Shown: positions 18,073 to 27,584 of the stretch, in pieces | Numbering within the stretch: position 1 is the stretch's first letter | Layout: every line of letters starts with the position of its first letter | NCBI GenBank assembly: GCA_046581755.1 | Contig: JAYGFR010000338.1 | Span: 1 to 47,067 of the forward strand | Direction: 5' to 3' | Length of the DNA: 47,067 bases | From: Nitrospinota bacterium | Lineage (GTDB): Bacteria; UBA8248 | Position numbers and translations under genes: made by a program | Notes under the pieces: generated by a model | Told to the model about the DNA's origin: nothing | Databases searched by the model: none | The model's input: only the letters and a program-made list of their open reading frames with translations

Positions 18073-19782
18073 ATGCAGGGCTACCGCAAGGGCCTGACCC
18101 AGTACGGGGACCCGGAATTCAGCGCCTTCATCCGGGGGGCTTACGCCCGGGGTTTCGGGCTGACCCAAAAGGATCTGGATCGCCCCATCGTCGGGATCGC
18201 GCAGACCTGGAGCGAACTCAACCCCTGCCACCGCAACCTCCGGGAGATCGCCGAGGCCGTCAAGCGCGGCGTCTGGCAGGAGGGGGGGCTGCCCCTCGAA
18301 TTCCCCACCATCTCGCTCGGCGAGATCTATCTTTCCCCCACCGCCATGCTCTTCCGGAACCTTCTGTCGATGGACACCGAAGAGATGATTTCCGGTCAGC
18401 CCCTCGACGGCGTTGTCCTCCTCGGGGGGTGCGACAAGACCCTTCCCGCCCAGCTCATGGGCGCGGCCAGCGCCGGCGTCCCCGCCCTGGCCGTCACGGC
18501 GGGCCCCATGATCGGGGGCCGCTTCGAGGGGAAAACGCTGGGCGCCTGTTCGGATTGCCGCGGTTTGTGGAACGAGTTTCGCGGGGGCGCGCTAACCCAG
18601 GAAACCCTCGAGGAGGTCCAGGGCGAACTCTTCCCCTCGGCCGGGCACTGCATGGTGATGGGAACGGCGAGCACGATGGCCTCGCTCGCCGAGGCGCTGG
18701 GTATGATGCTTCCGGGCCTCGCCGCCGTGCCCGCCGTCCACTCCCGCCGCCTCCGCCTCGCCGAGGAGAGCGGGCGCCGCATCGTCGCGATGATCGGCGA
18801 GGGCCTCACCCCCGCTAAAATCATGACGCGCGAAGCCTTCGAGAACGCGATCCGCGTCCTCATGGCTGTGGGCGGCTCGACGAACGCCACGGTCCACCTC
18901 TCCGCCATCGCGGGCCGCCTAGGGGTCGGACTTCCGCTCTCCCTCTTCGATGCGCTCTCGCGCACAACGCCGCTGATCACGGGCGTGCGCCCCTCGGGAG
19001 ATGAATTTCTCATGGAAGATCTCGCGGCCGCGGGCGGGATTCCCACCGTGATGAAAGAACTCGAACCCCTGCTGAACGGGGGCGCGATGACCGTCACAGG
19101 GAAAAGTGTCGCCGAAAATCTCGCAAGCGTGAAACACGCCCAGCCCTGGCAGGAGGTGATTCGCCCGCGCGAGAACCCCTTCGCCCACCAGGGCGGAATC
19201 GTCGTTCTCAATGGAAGCCTCGCCTCCGAGGGCGCCGTCCTCAAAATATCGGCCGCATCGCCCGACAAACTCACCCACACCGGACGAGCCGTCGTCTTCC
19301 GCTCCCCGGAGGACATGATCCGGCGGATCGACGATCCCGACCTCGGCGCGGCGGCGGACAGCGTATTCGTCCTCCAGAACGCGGGCCCCATCGGCGGTCC
19401 GGGCTTCCCGGAGGCCGGGTTCCTCCCCATCCCCAAAAAACTGCTTGAGGCGGGCGTCCGGGATATCGTCCGCGTATCGGACGCGCGCATGAGCGGGACG
19501 GCGGGCGGAACCACCGTTTTGCACGTATCCCCCGAGGCGGCCATCGGCGGCCCGCTCGCCCTCGTGCGCGATGGCGATTCGATCCGCCTCGACGTGCCCG
19601 CCCGCGCCATCGATCTGCTGGTGGCGGATGAAGAGCTGGCCCGCCGCCGGGCCGAGTGGCGGCCGCCCGACCCGCCCTGGAAGCGCGGCTACCGGCGCCT
19701 GTTTCTCGATCACGTCCTTCAGGCGCCCGAGGGATGCGACTTCGACTTTTTGCAGCGGGACCTCATGAGCAAACGTGCCTGA
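18073..19782 (+). CDS. IlvD/Edd family dehydratase (sugar-acid dehydratase-like)
   Basis: SELNPCH, GGCDKT, GHCMVMGTASTM, GGSTNA, SDARMSGT, HVSPEA. Confidence 0.93.
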   Translation: MQGYRKGLTQYGDPEFSAFIRGAYARGFGLTQKDLDRPIVGIAQTWSELNPCHRNLREIAEAVKRGVWQEGGLPLEFPTISLGEIYLSPTAMLFRNLLSMDTEEMISGQPLDGVVLLGGCDKTLPAQLMGAASAGVPALAVTAGPMIGGRFEGKTLGACSDCRGLWNEFRGGALTQETLEEVQGELFPSAGHCMVMGTASTMASLAEALGMMLPGLAAVPAVHSRRLRLAEESGRRIVAMIGEGLTPAKIMTREAFENAIRVLMAVGGSTNATVHLSAIAGRLGVGLPLSLFDALSRTTPLITGVRPSGDEFLMEDLAAAGGIPTVMKELEPLLNGGAMTVTGKSVAENLASVKHAQPWQEVIRPRENPFAHQGGIVVLNGSLASEGAVLKISAASPDKLTHTGRAVVFRSPEDMIRRIDDPDLGAAADSVFVLQNAGPIGGPGFPEAGFLPIPKKLLEAGVRDIVRVSDARMSGTAGGTTVLHVSPEAAIGGPLALVRDGDSIRLDVPARAIDLLVADEELARRRAEWRPPDPPWKRGYRRLFLDHVLQAPEGCDFDFLQRDLMSKRA

Positions 19783-19810
19783 TCGTTCTTTTCGTTATGG
19801 AGATTTTTTT

Positions 19811-20857
19811 ATGCCGATCCCCCGTGCAGTCATTTCCTATCACCCCGCGTTCGGATCCACCCGGGGCCGCCCGATCTCACCCGAGCACCAGAGCCGAATC
19901 GACGCGGCGATCTCGCCCGGGCGCGTAGAATTCATCATGGAGCCGGACCCCGAAAAACGGATGAAAGCGCTGGAGGAGGCCGAATTCTACCTGACCAAAA
20001 ACGCCCCCCTGCCGGCGGGGCTGTTCGATAAAGCCAAGCGCCTGCGCCTGATTCAGGTGGCCACCGTGTTCGGGGAAAAAGTGGATGCCGAGGCCGCCGC
20101 CCGGGCCGGCGTCGCCGTCTCGTTTTGCGGCCGCCCCATCGTGGATTCGGTCGCCGATCACTCCCTCGCTCTCCTTCTCAACCTGGTGCGCACCATGCCC
20201 GAATCCGCCCGGTCGCTCAGGGAGGGATCGAATAAACCCCTCTCGCCTACCCGGCCCGACGGCAGCGCCTACAACTGGACCCAGATCGAGGGCGTCCGCC
20301 CGCTCCGGGGGATGCGCCTCGGCCTGCTCGGCATGAGCGAAATCTCCCGCGCCGTTTCGATCCGGGCGAAAGCGTTCGGGATGGAGGTCCGCTACTGGAA
20401 CCGCTCCCCTCTCCCGGAGTGGATCGACCGGAAGACGGGAGCGAGCCCGGTCACCCAGGACGAGCTTTTCCGCACCTCGGACGTCATCTTTCCCGGGTTG
20501 ATGCTGAACGAGGATACGCGCCACATCGTGGGCGAGGAGGCCCTTCGCGCCATGCCCGCGGGCTCCTACATCATCAACATCAGCCGCGGCCCCCTCGTCG
20601 ATCTGAGTGCCCTCCTCCGCGCCCTGGAGGATGGCCACATCGCGGGCGCCGGGCTCGATGTTTTCGATCCCGAGCCGTTTCCCACCGACCATCCGCTCCT
20701 CGATCATCCCGGCGTCTTTCTGACCCCCCACCTCGCGGGCGGGGACAACGAGAACCTGGTCCGTGAACTCGAATCCTGGATGGCGAACGTCCACCGCGTC
20801 ATCGACGGCGAGGAGCCGATCGATATCGTGAACGGCGTCGCCTGGCGGGCGGACTGA
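19811..20857 (+). CDS. D-2-hydroxyacid dehydrogenase family protein
   Basis: VADH, AKAFGM, INISRGPLVD, AGLDVFDPEP, TPHLAG; Rossmann glycine motif degenerate (GMSEIS). Confidence 0.9.
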   Translation: MPIPRAVISYHPAFGSTRGRPISPEHQSRIDAAISPGRVEFIMEPDPEKRMKALEEAEFYLTKNAPLPAGLFDKAKRLRLIQVATVFGEKVDAEAAARAGVAVSFCGRPIVDSVADHSLALLLNLVRTMPESARSLREGSNKPLSPTRPDGSAYNWTQIEGVRPLRGMRLGLLGMSEISRAVSIRAKAFGMEVRYWNRSPLPEWIDRKTGASPVTQDELFRTSDVIFPGLMLNEDTRHIVGEEALRAMPAGSYIINISRGPLVDLSALLRALEDGHIAGAGLDVFDPEPFPTDHPLLDHPGVFLTPHLAGGDNENLVRELESWMANVHRVIDGEEPIDIVNGVAWRAD

Positions 20858-20860
20858 GCC

Positions 20861-21532
20861 ATGTGCGGGCGCTTCACCCTCATCGCGCCCAAGTCCATGC
20901 TCGAGGAGCTTTTCTCGCTCACGATCATGGGCGAGCTGCCCCCCCGCTTCAACATCGCCCCGAGCCAGCCGGTGGCCGCCGTCCGCGCCGCCACCGGCGG
21001 GGCGCGCGAGTTCACCCTCCTCCGGTGGGGGTTGATCCCCTCGTGGGCGAAAGATCCCGCCATCGGCGCCCGGATGATCAACGCCCGCTCCGAGACGGCG
21101 GCGGAAAAAACCTCCTTCCGGGCCGCCATGAAACGGCGGCGGTGCCTCATCCCGGCCAGCGGGTTCTACGAGTGGGCGAATACCGGCGCGGCGAAACAGC
21201 CCTTCTTGATCCGCATGAAGGACCGGCGCCCCTTCGCCCTGGCCGGTATATGGGAAGGGTGGTGCGGCGAGGACGGCTCCGAGCTTGAAACCTGCGCCAT
21301 CCTCACCACCTCGCCCAACGAGAGGGTGGGCGAAATTCATCCGCGCATGCCCGTCATCATCGCGCCCGGGGACTACGGCGCCTGGTTGGACCCGGCCAAC
21401 GAGAAACTCCGGACGCTCGATCGCCTGCTTTGCCCCTATCCGGCCGGGGAGATGGAGGCCCATCCCGTCAGCCGCCATGTGAACGACCCGGGCAACGACG
21501 ATCCCGCCTGCATCGAGCCGGCCGGGGACTAG
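20861..21532 (+). CDS. SOS response-associated peptidase (SRAP, YedK/HMCES family)
   Basis: MCGRF N-terminus, RFNIAP, RWGLIP, INARSET, RRCLIPASGFYEW, IHPRMP. Confidence 0.96.
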   Translation: MCGRFTLIAPKSMLEELFSLTIMGELPPRFNIAPSQPVAAVRAATGGAREFTLLRWGLIPSWAKDPAIGARMINARSETAAEKTSFRAAMKRRRCLIPASGFYEWANTGAAKQPFLIRMKDRRPFALAGIWEGWCGEDGSELETCAILTTSPNERVGEIHPRMPVIIAPGDYGAWLDPANEKLRTLDRLLCPYPAGEMEAHPVSRHVNDPGNDDPACIEPAGD

Positions 21533-23751
21533 GGCGGAAACCGCTTTTTCAGGTCCCCGCTTCCGAGTCCCACCGGAAAAAGAAGCGAGGCCGCGGCCTT
21601 GAAAAGCTCCTCCGCGTACCACTCGGCGTCGTAGCCCCGGCTGCCGTCCCAGAGGGCGAGCGCCTTCGCCCGGTCGCCGGGAAACTTCGCCCGCGCGTCC
21701 GTGAAGATGAGTTCGATCTTCTCCCCGGCGCGGAGCTTGACCCCGAGCGAGAGCATCTCTCCGGCCGCCAGGGCCGCCGCGCCCGCGGCCTTGTATTCAT
21801 GCGGCTCGCGCGAGAGGCGCCGCGTGACGGCCAGCTGGCGCACGTCCACCCGCCCCTCGCGCAGGCCGATGAGCTCGCCCTCGAGCATCTCTAACAGCCG
21901 GGGCGCGAGCGCCCGGTAGGCCGCCGCGTCCGCCGCCCCGAAGAGGGCGCCGAGCATCTCCTCTTGAACGCGCCGGATGAGGGGCGCCGTGTCGGAGCGG
22001 CGCAGCTCGATGCCCCGGATCTTGGTCTCCCCGTCCCCGAAGACGCCGAAGAAGCGGTTGGGCACGCCCACGCGCGAATTCCCCCGCGAGGGCACGAAGG
22101 CGAGCCAGCGGTAGACACCCTCGAGTTCGGCGGCGATGCCCGTCGCCCGCGAGATATCCCTCGAGAGCGCCCGGTAGTCGGCCTCGCTCGCGCCCTCCTT
22201 CGCCACCCAGATGCAATCCGTCAGGGCGTGGAGCATCGCGTAGCCCCGCGCCTCGGCGACCTCTTTCGCCTGGAGGAGCTTCTCGCGGCCCAGCGCCGTC
22301 GTCGCCTCGTGCGCCTCGATCCGCCCGAAGCGCGCGTTCTTGTAGCCGAGGTAGCCGAAGCAGGTGACGAGGAGCCACTTGATCCCCCTCTGGCGGCGAT
22401 CGAGCGTCTCGCGCAGCGCCGGGTCCGCCGCCCGGCGCATCCGGCGCTTGTAGTCCAGCCGCTTCTCGAGGAGGGGCGCGATCGTCCGGGGGACGAAGCC
22501 GCGCCGCCGCCGGCAGGTGTGATAGCCCGCCTCGGGGACGGTCCCCGCGCCTGCAACCGGGGCGCAGCAGGCGCAGTTCATCGTCTCGGGCGAAAGGTTG
22601 TACTCGGACATGAGCGTGGGGTACATGGACGAGAAATCGATCTCGCCCACGTTCTCGTAGAGGCCCGGCCTCGGCTGGTAGGTCAGCCCGCCCTTGTCGA
22701 TGGTGAGCAGCTCCTCGGCCGTCTTGGGCTCCTCGACCGTCCCCTTGCGCCAGGGCACCAGGCAGCCGTCGCCGATGACGACCTCGAGCTGCATGGCCGA
22801 GATGATCGAGCCCGTGCTCAGCCGCGCCGCCCGCTGGACCGTCTTTTTGCTCAGGCGGGCGAGCTCGAAAAGACCCTCCAGGCCCGACTCGTGCACGACG
22901 AACGAGCTTCGCCGGTCCAGGTGCCACCTGCCGCGAAAAAAATAAGAGGGCGCGCTGTAGACCACCTTGCCGTAGGTGTAGTAGCTCCGCGCCCGCCCGC
23001 GCCGCGCGAGCGCCCCGCCCCCGCGGTGAAAGGGGATTCGCCCGAAATCCGGAAGCCGCGAGAGCGCCGCCAGGAGATAGTCGTCCCCCCACTCGGTGAG
23101 GATGACGTGCGGGTCGTGGCGCTCGATGAGGCGGGTGAGCTCGCGCGCCTCAAAACCCGGCTCGATGACGTACTCGCGCCCCTCGATGCGCACGCTGAGT
23201 CCGCCCCTCGCTCCCGAGCCGCTTCCCGCGGCCAGCTGTTTGGGATGCGCGGCCGCGTCTTCGAGGCCCAGTTCCATGATCGTCAGGGGCGGCAGCGCGT
23301 AGGCGGGCGACCAGGGATCGTCGCGCATCTCCCAGGCGAGGAGGCGTCCGTCCGCGCCGGCCTCGGCCTCGATCCGCGCAAGGGGAAAGAGCCCGGTCTC
23401 GTAGAAAAAGAGCGATTCCACCTCGATGTCGCAGGTGAAAAAATCCCGCTCCGGAAAACGCCGCTGAAGCGAGGCGACCACGCCCGCATAGAGCGGCGCC
23501 TCGCCCACCTTGACCTCGGCGACCGAAACCTCATCGCCCGAATCCAGATGGCGCCGGCGGCTCTCCCGGATCTCGGTGGGCACGCCGATCCGGGCCAGGT
23601 AGCGGAGCAGGCCCTCGGGCGCGGCGTCGAGGTAGAACGAGGGCGTGAAGGGGACATGAAATTTGCGGCTCTCTCCCGCCTCGCCGACGAGCCAGAGGGC
23701 CATGCCGCCCGGCTCGGGATAGACGTCGAAAACCCAGCCGCCACTGTGCAT
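21529..23751 (-). CDS. Family B DNA polymerase, PolB2/Dpo2-like
   Basis: Motif A DFSSMYP; motif B KWLLVTCFGYLGY; motif C altered to HALTDC; KIRGIELRRSD; exonuclease motifs degenerate. Confidence 0.9.
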   Translation of the reverse strand: MHSGGWVFDVYPEPGGMALWLVGEAGESRKFHVPFTPSFYLDAAPEGLLRYLARIGVPTEIRESRRRHLDSGDEVSVAEVKVGEAPLYAGVVASLQRRFPERDFFTCDIEVESLFFYETGLFPLARIEAEAGADGRLLAWEMRDDPWSPAYALPPLTIMELGLEDAAAHPKQLAAGSGSGARGGLSVRIEGREYVIEPGFEARELTRLIERHDPHVILTEWGDDYLLAALSRLPDFGRIPFHRGGGALARRGRARSYYTYGKVVYSAPSYFFRGRWHLDRRSSFVVHESGLEGLFELARLSKKTVQRAARLSTGSIISAMQLEVVIGDGCLVPWRKGTVEEPKTAEELLTIDKGGLTYQPRPGLYENVGEIDFSSMYPTLMSEYNLSPETMNCACCAPVAGAGTVPEAGYHTCRRRRGFVPRTIAPLLEKRLDYKRRMRRAADPALRETLDRRQRGIKWLLVTCFGYLGYKNARFGRIEAHEATTALGREKLLQAKEVAEARGYAMLHALTDCIWVAKEGASEADYRALSRDISRATGIAAELEGVYRWLAFVPSRGNSRVGVPNRFFGVFGDGETKIRGIELRRSDTAPLIRRVQEEMLGALFGAADAAAYRALAPRLLEMLEGELIGLREGRVDVRQLAVTRRLSREPHEYKAAGAAALAAGEMLSLGVKLRAGEKIELIFTDARAKFPGDRAKALALWDGSRGYDAEWYAEELFKAAASLLFPVGLGSGDLKKRFPP

Positions 23752-23758
23752 CGGAACC

Positions 23759-24049
23759 TCAAAAATCGAGGCGCTGCTGCGCGCCGTCCGAGGGGGCCTC
23801 GCCCTTGGGCAGGCGCTCCTCCACCTCGCGGAGGCGCTTGAGCATCTCGATGAGCATGCCGACCACGATGGGCTCCATCGGGTTGGGGCGGCTCGCGTAG
23901 GCGGCGGGCGCGGCGTGGAAGCGGGCCATCTCGAACAACTCGTCGAGAAGCTGCTGGTCCTCGCGGCGGAGGGCCCGGCGGAATTTGCCCCAGTCCTCCT
24001 GCTGCAGGTGGCGCACCAACTGGTTGAAGGAGGTGATCGTCCTGCCCAC
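23759..24049 (-). CDS. Small helical protein of PolB2 operons (arCOG07300-like)
   Basis: MGRTITSF...WGKFRRALRREDQQLLDELFEMARFH...PNPMEPIVVGMLIE; ends QQRLDF, a beta-clamp-binding-like motif. Confidence 0.82.
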   Translation of the reverse strand: MGRTITSFNQLVRHLQQEDWGKFRRALRREDQQLLDELFEMARFHAAPAAYASRPNPMEPIVVGMLIEMLKRLREVEERLPKGEAPSDGAQQRLDF

Positions 24050-24052
24050 GGC

Positions 24053-24775
24053 TCACCCCACCTTCCAGAGGGCGCCGAGCGCGCCGCTTCCAGCGGGGGC
24101 GGGGGCAGGCTTGGGCTTAGCGATGCGCAGCCGCCAGCGCCCGTCCTCCCCCTGGCGGCAGTCCACCGCCCGCCCGGCGGCCCCGGTGAGGGAGCGGCGC
24201 AGGGCGCGCTTGCTCTCCATCGGATGATCGGGGCACACGGCGAGGATCAGGAATCCCTCCCCGGCCAGGCGGCGCAGCGCATCCAGCGTGGCCCGCCAGG
24301 TCCGGCCCACCTCGCGCGCCGGCACCGCCTCGTCGTAGTAGCTCTCGAGAAGCCCCGGCAGGACGATGACCCGCGCCCGCGCCCTTCGGGCAAACCCGCC
24401 CAGGCGGCGGACGAGCGCCAGCATCTGGTGGCAGGTGAAAGCGCGCGAGATCTGAATCCGCCCCAAAAGTTCGCCCGGCGGGCGGCCGGCATAGGCCGCG
24501 ATCTCGGTAAAATCGTAGGGGTTGAACGAGTTCCCCCCATCGGCGATGAAAATACCCTCCCCCGCCAGCAGGGCGGGGGCCACGAGCCAGGGGTAGAGGC
24601 GCAAGATCCCCCTCGGGCCCGCGAGGGCGCTCAACTGGCCCGGCATCTTGCCTCCGGGCCATTCCAGTGCAAGGAGATCGCTCCCAGCCCCGCCCGCCCC
24701 GGGAGCATGGCCTATGGCCCGGATATCGCTTCTAGAAGATTGATAAGAAAAGGAATATGGCGCCGCGTGGTTCAT
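24053..24775 (-). CDS. Inactivated RecA/RadA-like protein (ImuA analogue)
   Basis: DGGNSFNPY and ISRAFTCHQM RadA-core motifs; Walker A degenerate (GPRGILR). Confidence 0.82.
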   Translation of the reverse strand: MNHAAPYSFSYQSSRSDIRAIGHAPGAGGAGSDLLALEWPGGKMPGQLSALAGPRGILRLYPWLVAPALLAGEGIFIADGGNSFNPYDFTEIAAYAGRPPGELLGRIQISRAFTCHQMLALVRRLGGFARRARARVIVLPGLLESYYDEAVPAREVGRTWRATLDALRRLAGEGFLILAVCPDHPMESKRALRRSLTGAAGRAVDCRQGEDGRWRLRIAKPKPAPAPAGSGALGALWKVG

Positions 24776-24808
24776 GAGAGAGTCCTCGGGTCGTGCTCAG
24801 GGAGGGGA

Positions 24809-24837
24809 AGAATAGCGAATATAAAACGAAAATGCAA
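24809..24837 (-). promoter_or_regulatory. sigma70 promoter with LexA-like repeat in the spacer
   Basis: Minus strand TTGCAT-N17-TATTCT; plus strand 24817-24831 GAAT-ataaaac-GAAA resembles the GAAC-N7-GAAC SOS box. Confidence 0.6.
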
Positions 24838-24872
24838 GGCAAAAATTCGCCCTTGGGGGGGGGATTTCGAGC

Positions 24873-26501
24873 CTACCTCGGGATGAACGGCGCGAGGAGG
24901 TAGGAGCCACCCTCACCGGTGTGAACGGTGTTGGTGACGATCCGGGGCAGGGGCTCGTGGGTGTAGATGAGGTCGGTGTCCGGATCGCAGGAGGATATCT
25001 CGACCCGGAGGCGGTGGCCTTCCAGGAAAAGGTTGCAGGCCGGGATGATCTCGATGACGTACTCGACTGCCTCGCCGGGGGGTACGGGTTCGGCCCCGGT
25101 GTGCGGGTGCCAGGGCCGCCAGGGCCGGCTTTTTTCGGGATCGAGGGCGCGGTGGGTGGCGCGCAGCATCCCCCGCGTGAGGAGGCGCAGCAAGCCATCC
25201 GGCGACTCGTCCCTCACAAAGACGAACCAATCGGTGTTGTCCGCATCAGAGGCGGCGGTGAGGTAGAGCGCCATGGGTCCGGTGATCTCGGTCGGCGAGG
25301 AGAAGGCTTCGGTCCTGAAGACGAGCTTGGGCTCCCCGCGCCGGGCCTCCCGGGTTCCGGGGGTCATGGTGTAGACGCGCTCGCCCGGGGGACCCGCGTT
25401 TTCGGTGAGGCTCTCGCCCGTCAGGGAGAGTTTTCGCCACTCGGTGCGAGCGAGGGGCCATTCGTTCTCGCCGCGCCAGGTGTCCTCGCCCTGGATATAC
25501 AAGTTGATCGGCGCCCCCTCCCAGACGCCCGAGTCCATCCCTTTCAGGTAATGGTCGTACCAGCGCAGGGCCTCGCCGTGGTAGAGGGCGAAGGGACGCC
25601 TCGGCCGGGACTCGGGGCCGATGAGCATCTTTTTTGGCGTGGCCTCGGGGATGCCCTCCCAGCCCATGAACGCGCCCCGGAGGTGGAGGCCGAAAAATTT
25701 CCAGTCGCACCCGAAATAGGTGGGCACATCGACCTTGTGGAGATTGGGGCCCGAGGAGCGCTCCTGGTAGTAGGTGCAGTCGAAGGGGTCCTGACCGCTG
25801 AGGACCCGGTGGAAGTGGTCGTTGAAACCCGAGAGGTCGGCGACGCGCCCGCCCGTGTGGTTCAGGAACATGAGGCTGGTGAACCAGAACCGGCCCCAGG
25901 CCGAATAAATTCCGCCGTGGTAGTAGGCGTCGCGGTAGAGGTCGGTCGCGGCGTCGTAGGGGAAGATGGCGGCGAGGCCTTCGGGCTGATGTTCGGCGGC
26001 GAGAAGCTGGCTCATGCCGAAATAGGAGTAGCCCACCATCCCCACCTTGCCGTTGCACCAGGGCTGGGCGGCGATGAACTTAATCATTTCGGCCAGATCG
26101 AGCTGCTCCTCCGGGCCCCAATGGTCCCAGGCGCCGCCCGAATCGTTCGAGCCGCGCACGTCGGCGATGATCTGGACATAGCCGCGCGGGACCCAGAATT
26201 CCGTGAGGCCCGCCTCGTTCTGGCCCAGGGGGGCGAGGGTCTGCTGAAGCTGGCGGGTGTAGGGCGACCACGAGAGGAGCGCGGGGAACTTCTCTCCCGG
26301 CGCGAAGGGGCGGAAGATGTCGTAGGCCAGCTCGACGCCGTCGCGCATTTTGAGGCGCCGGGCGCACTCCGAATGGATCGCATAGCGGACCTCGGACTGT
26401 TCGGGTGTGCGCGGGGGGTCGTTGTAGGGGTACTGGGGCCAGGCCGAGGGATAAGCCGTCCGGATGCTTTCGGGGTTCACATGCTCCGGGGCAAGCGCCA
26501 T
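24873..26501 (-). CDS. CocE/NonD family hydrolase
   Basis: MRDGVELAYDIFRP, SPY, DVRG, WCNGKVGMVGYSY, C-terminal PepX-like domain; GAGGAG RBS. Confidence 0.92.
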   Translation of the reverse strand: MALAPEHVNPESIRTAYPSAWPQYPYNDPPRTPEQSEVRYAIHSECARRLKMRDGVELAYDIFRPFAPGEKFPALLSWSPYTRQLQQTLAPLGQNEAGLTEFWVPRGYVQIIADVRGSNDSGGAWDHWGPEEQLDLAEMIKFIAAQPWCNGKVGMVGYSYFGMSQLLAAEHQPEGLAAIFPYDAATDLYRDAYYHGGIYSAWGRFWFTSLMFLNHTGGRVADLSGFNDHFHRVLSGQDPFDCTYYQERSSGPNLHKVDVPTYFGCDWKFFGLHLRGAFMGWEGIPEATPKKMLIGPESRPRRPFALYHGEALRWYDHYLKGMDSGVWEGAPINLYIQGEDTWRGENEWPLARTEWRKLSLTGESLTENAGPPGERVYTMTPGTREARRGEPKLVFRTEAFSSPTEITGPMALYLTAASDADNTDWFVFVRDESPDGLLRLLTRGMLRATHRALDPEKSRPWRPWHPHTGAEPVPPGEAVEYVIEIIPACNLFLEGHRLRVEISSCDPDTDLIYTHEPLPRIVTNTVHTGEGGSYLLAPFIPR

Positions 26502-26605
26502 GGCGGTACTCCTCTTATGATGCCGGTGAAATAGGGTGGGAACACCACTTGGGATATTATTCACCCAGCGGGCGAGCAAGGCGCGTGCACCCGGGGAGAA
26601 GCGAC

Positions 26606-27559
26606 GTGGAGCCTTCCATCGAACGGGCGATTGAGAAAATCGCCTCGGACAAGACGCACGGGGCCGCTCAACTGGCCGGGATGGGCCTCGATCTGATGGC
26701 ACGGGCGTGCGCCACCGCCACCGCTACCGCCGGGGCGGCGGATGAGGCCCTGGCCGGAATCGCGCGGCTGGCCCGGCGCCTCGATGGCCTGCGCCCATCG
26801 ATGGCGGCGCCCGGAAACTGGGCGCTGATCTTCCTCGCCGAGTTGAGGGAGCAGTTGAAATCCGCGCCGGGGGGAAATATGGAGGCCGCCGGCCGGGAGC
26901 TCACCGAGGCGCTGAAGGCGCGCCTTTCATCCCACGCCGGGCGCATGGCGGATGCGGCGCGGCCCATGCTCGCCGGGGCCGGGGCGATTCTCACCCTGAG
27001 CGATTCCTCCTCGGTCGAGGAGGTGATCAAAACCGCCGCGCCGGCGGCCTGTACGATCTTCGCCGCCGAATCCCGTCCCCTCCTCGAGGGCCGCCGGCTC
27101 ATCGAGCACCTGAGAGAAAGCGGGCGCGACGCGCGCTGCGTCACCGACGCCGGGGTGGGCCTGATCATGCGGGAGGCGGACGTGCTTCTCCTGGGCGCGG
27201 ATACGATCTGCCGCGATGCGGCCATCGTGAACAAGACGGGTAGCCTTCCGGCGGCGCTCGCGGCCCGGCGCTTCGGAAAACCCTGCGCCGCCGTGGCGGA
27301 TACGTTCAAGATCAGCGGGCGCGTCTCATCGGGTGATGTGGTTCTGGAGAGGGGGCCGGGCGGGGAAGTGTGGCCGGAGGCGCCCGAAATCTGCGAGAAC
27401 ACCGTCTTCGAGACGGTTCCGGCCGATCTGATCACCTGCTTCATCACCGAGAAGGGGATTTTGGCCCACCACCTCATCCGCGGGGAGGCGAAAAGGTGGC
27501 GGAGGATTTGGGAGAGTTCGGGAGAGTTCGACTCCGGGGGAGCGGAGGAATCGCTTTAG
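26606..27559 (+). CDS. eIF-2B alpha/beta/delta family protein (MtnA/R15Pi fold)
   Basis: DKTHGA, RPSMA, ESRPLLEG, GAD, VNKTGS, FETVP, ITEKG. Confidence 0.88.
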   Translation: MEPSIERAIEKIASDKTHGAAQLAGMGLDLMARACATATATAGAADEALAGIARLARRLDGLRPSMAAPGNWALIFLAELREQLKSAPGGNMEAAGRELTEALKARLSSHAGRMADAARPMLAGAGAILTLSDSSSVEEVIKTAAPAACTIFAAESRPLLEGRRLIEHLRESGRDARCVTDAGVGLIMREADVLLLGADTICRDAAIVNKTGSLPAALAARRFGKPCAAVADTFKISGRVSSGDVVLERGPGGEVWPEAPEICENTVFETVPADLITCFITEKGILAHHLIRGEAKRWRRIWESSGEFDSGGAEESL

Positions 27560-27584
27560 GCCGGACCGGGCGGCCTCCCCCAGC

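Noticed and set aside
21529..23751. Phage or casposon polymerase
   Set aside because: No phage genes, cas1, terminal repeats or protein-primed insertions recognised; context fits the cellular PolB2 operon.
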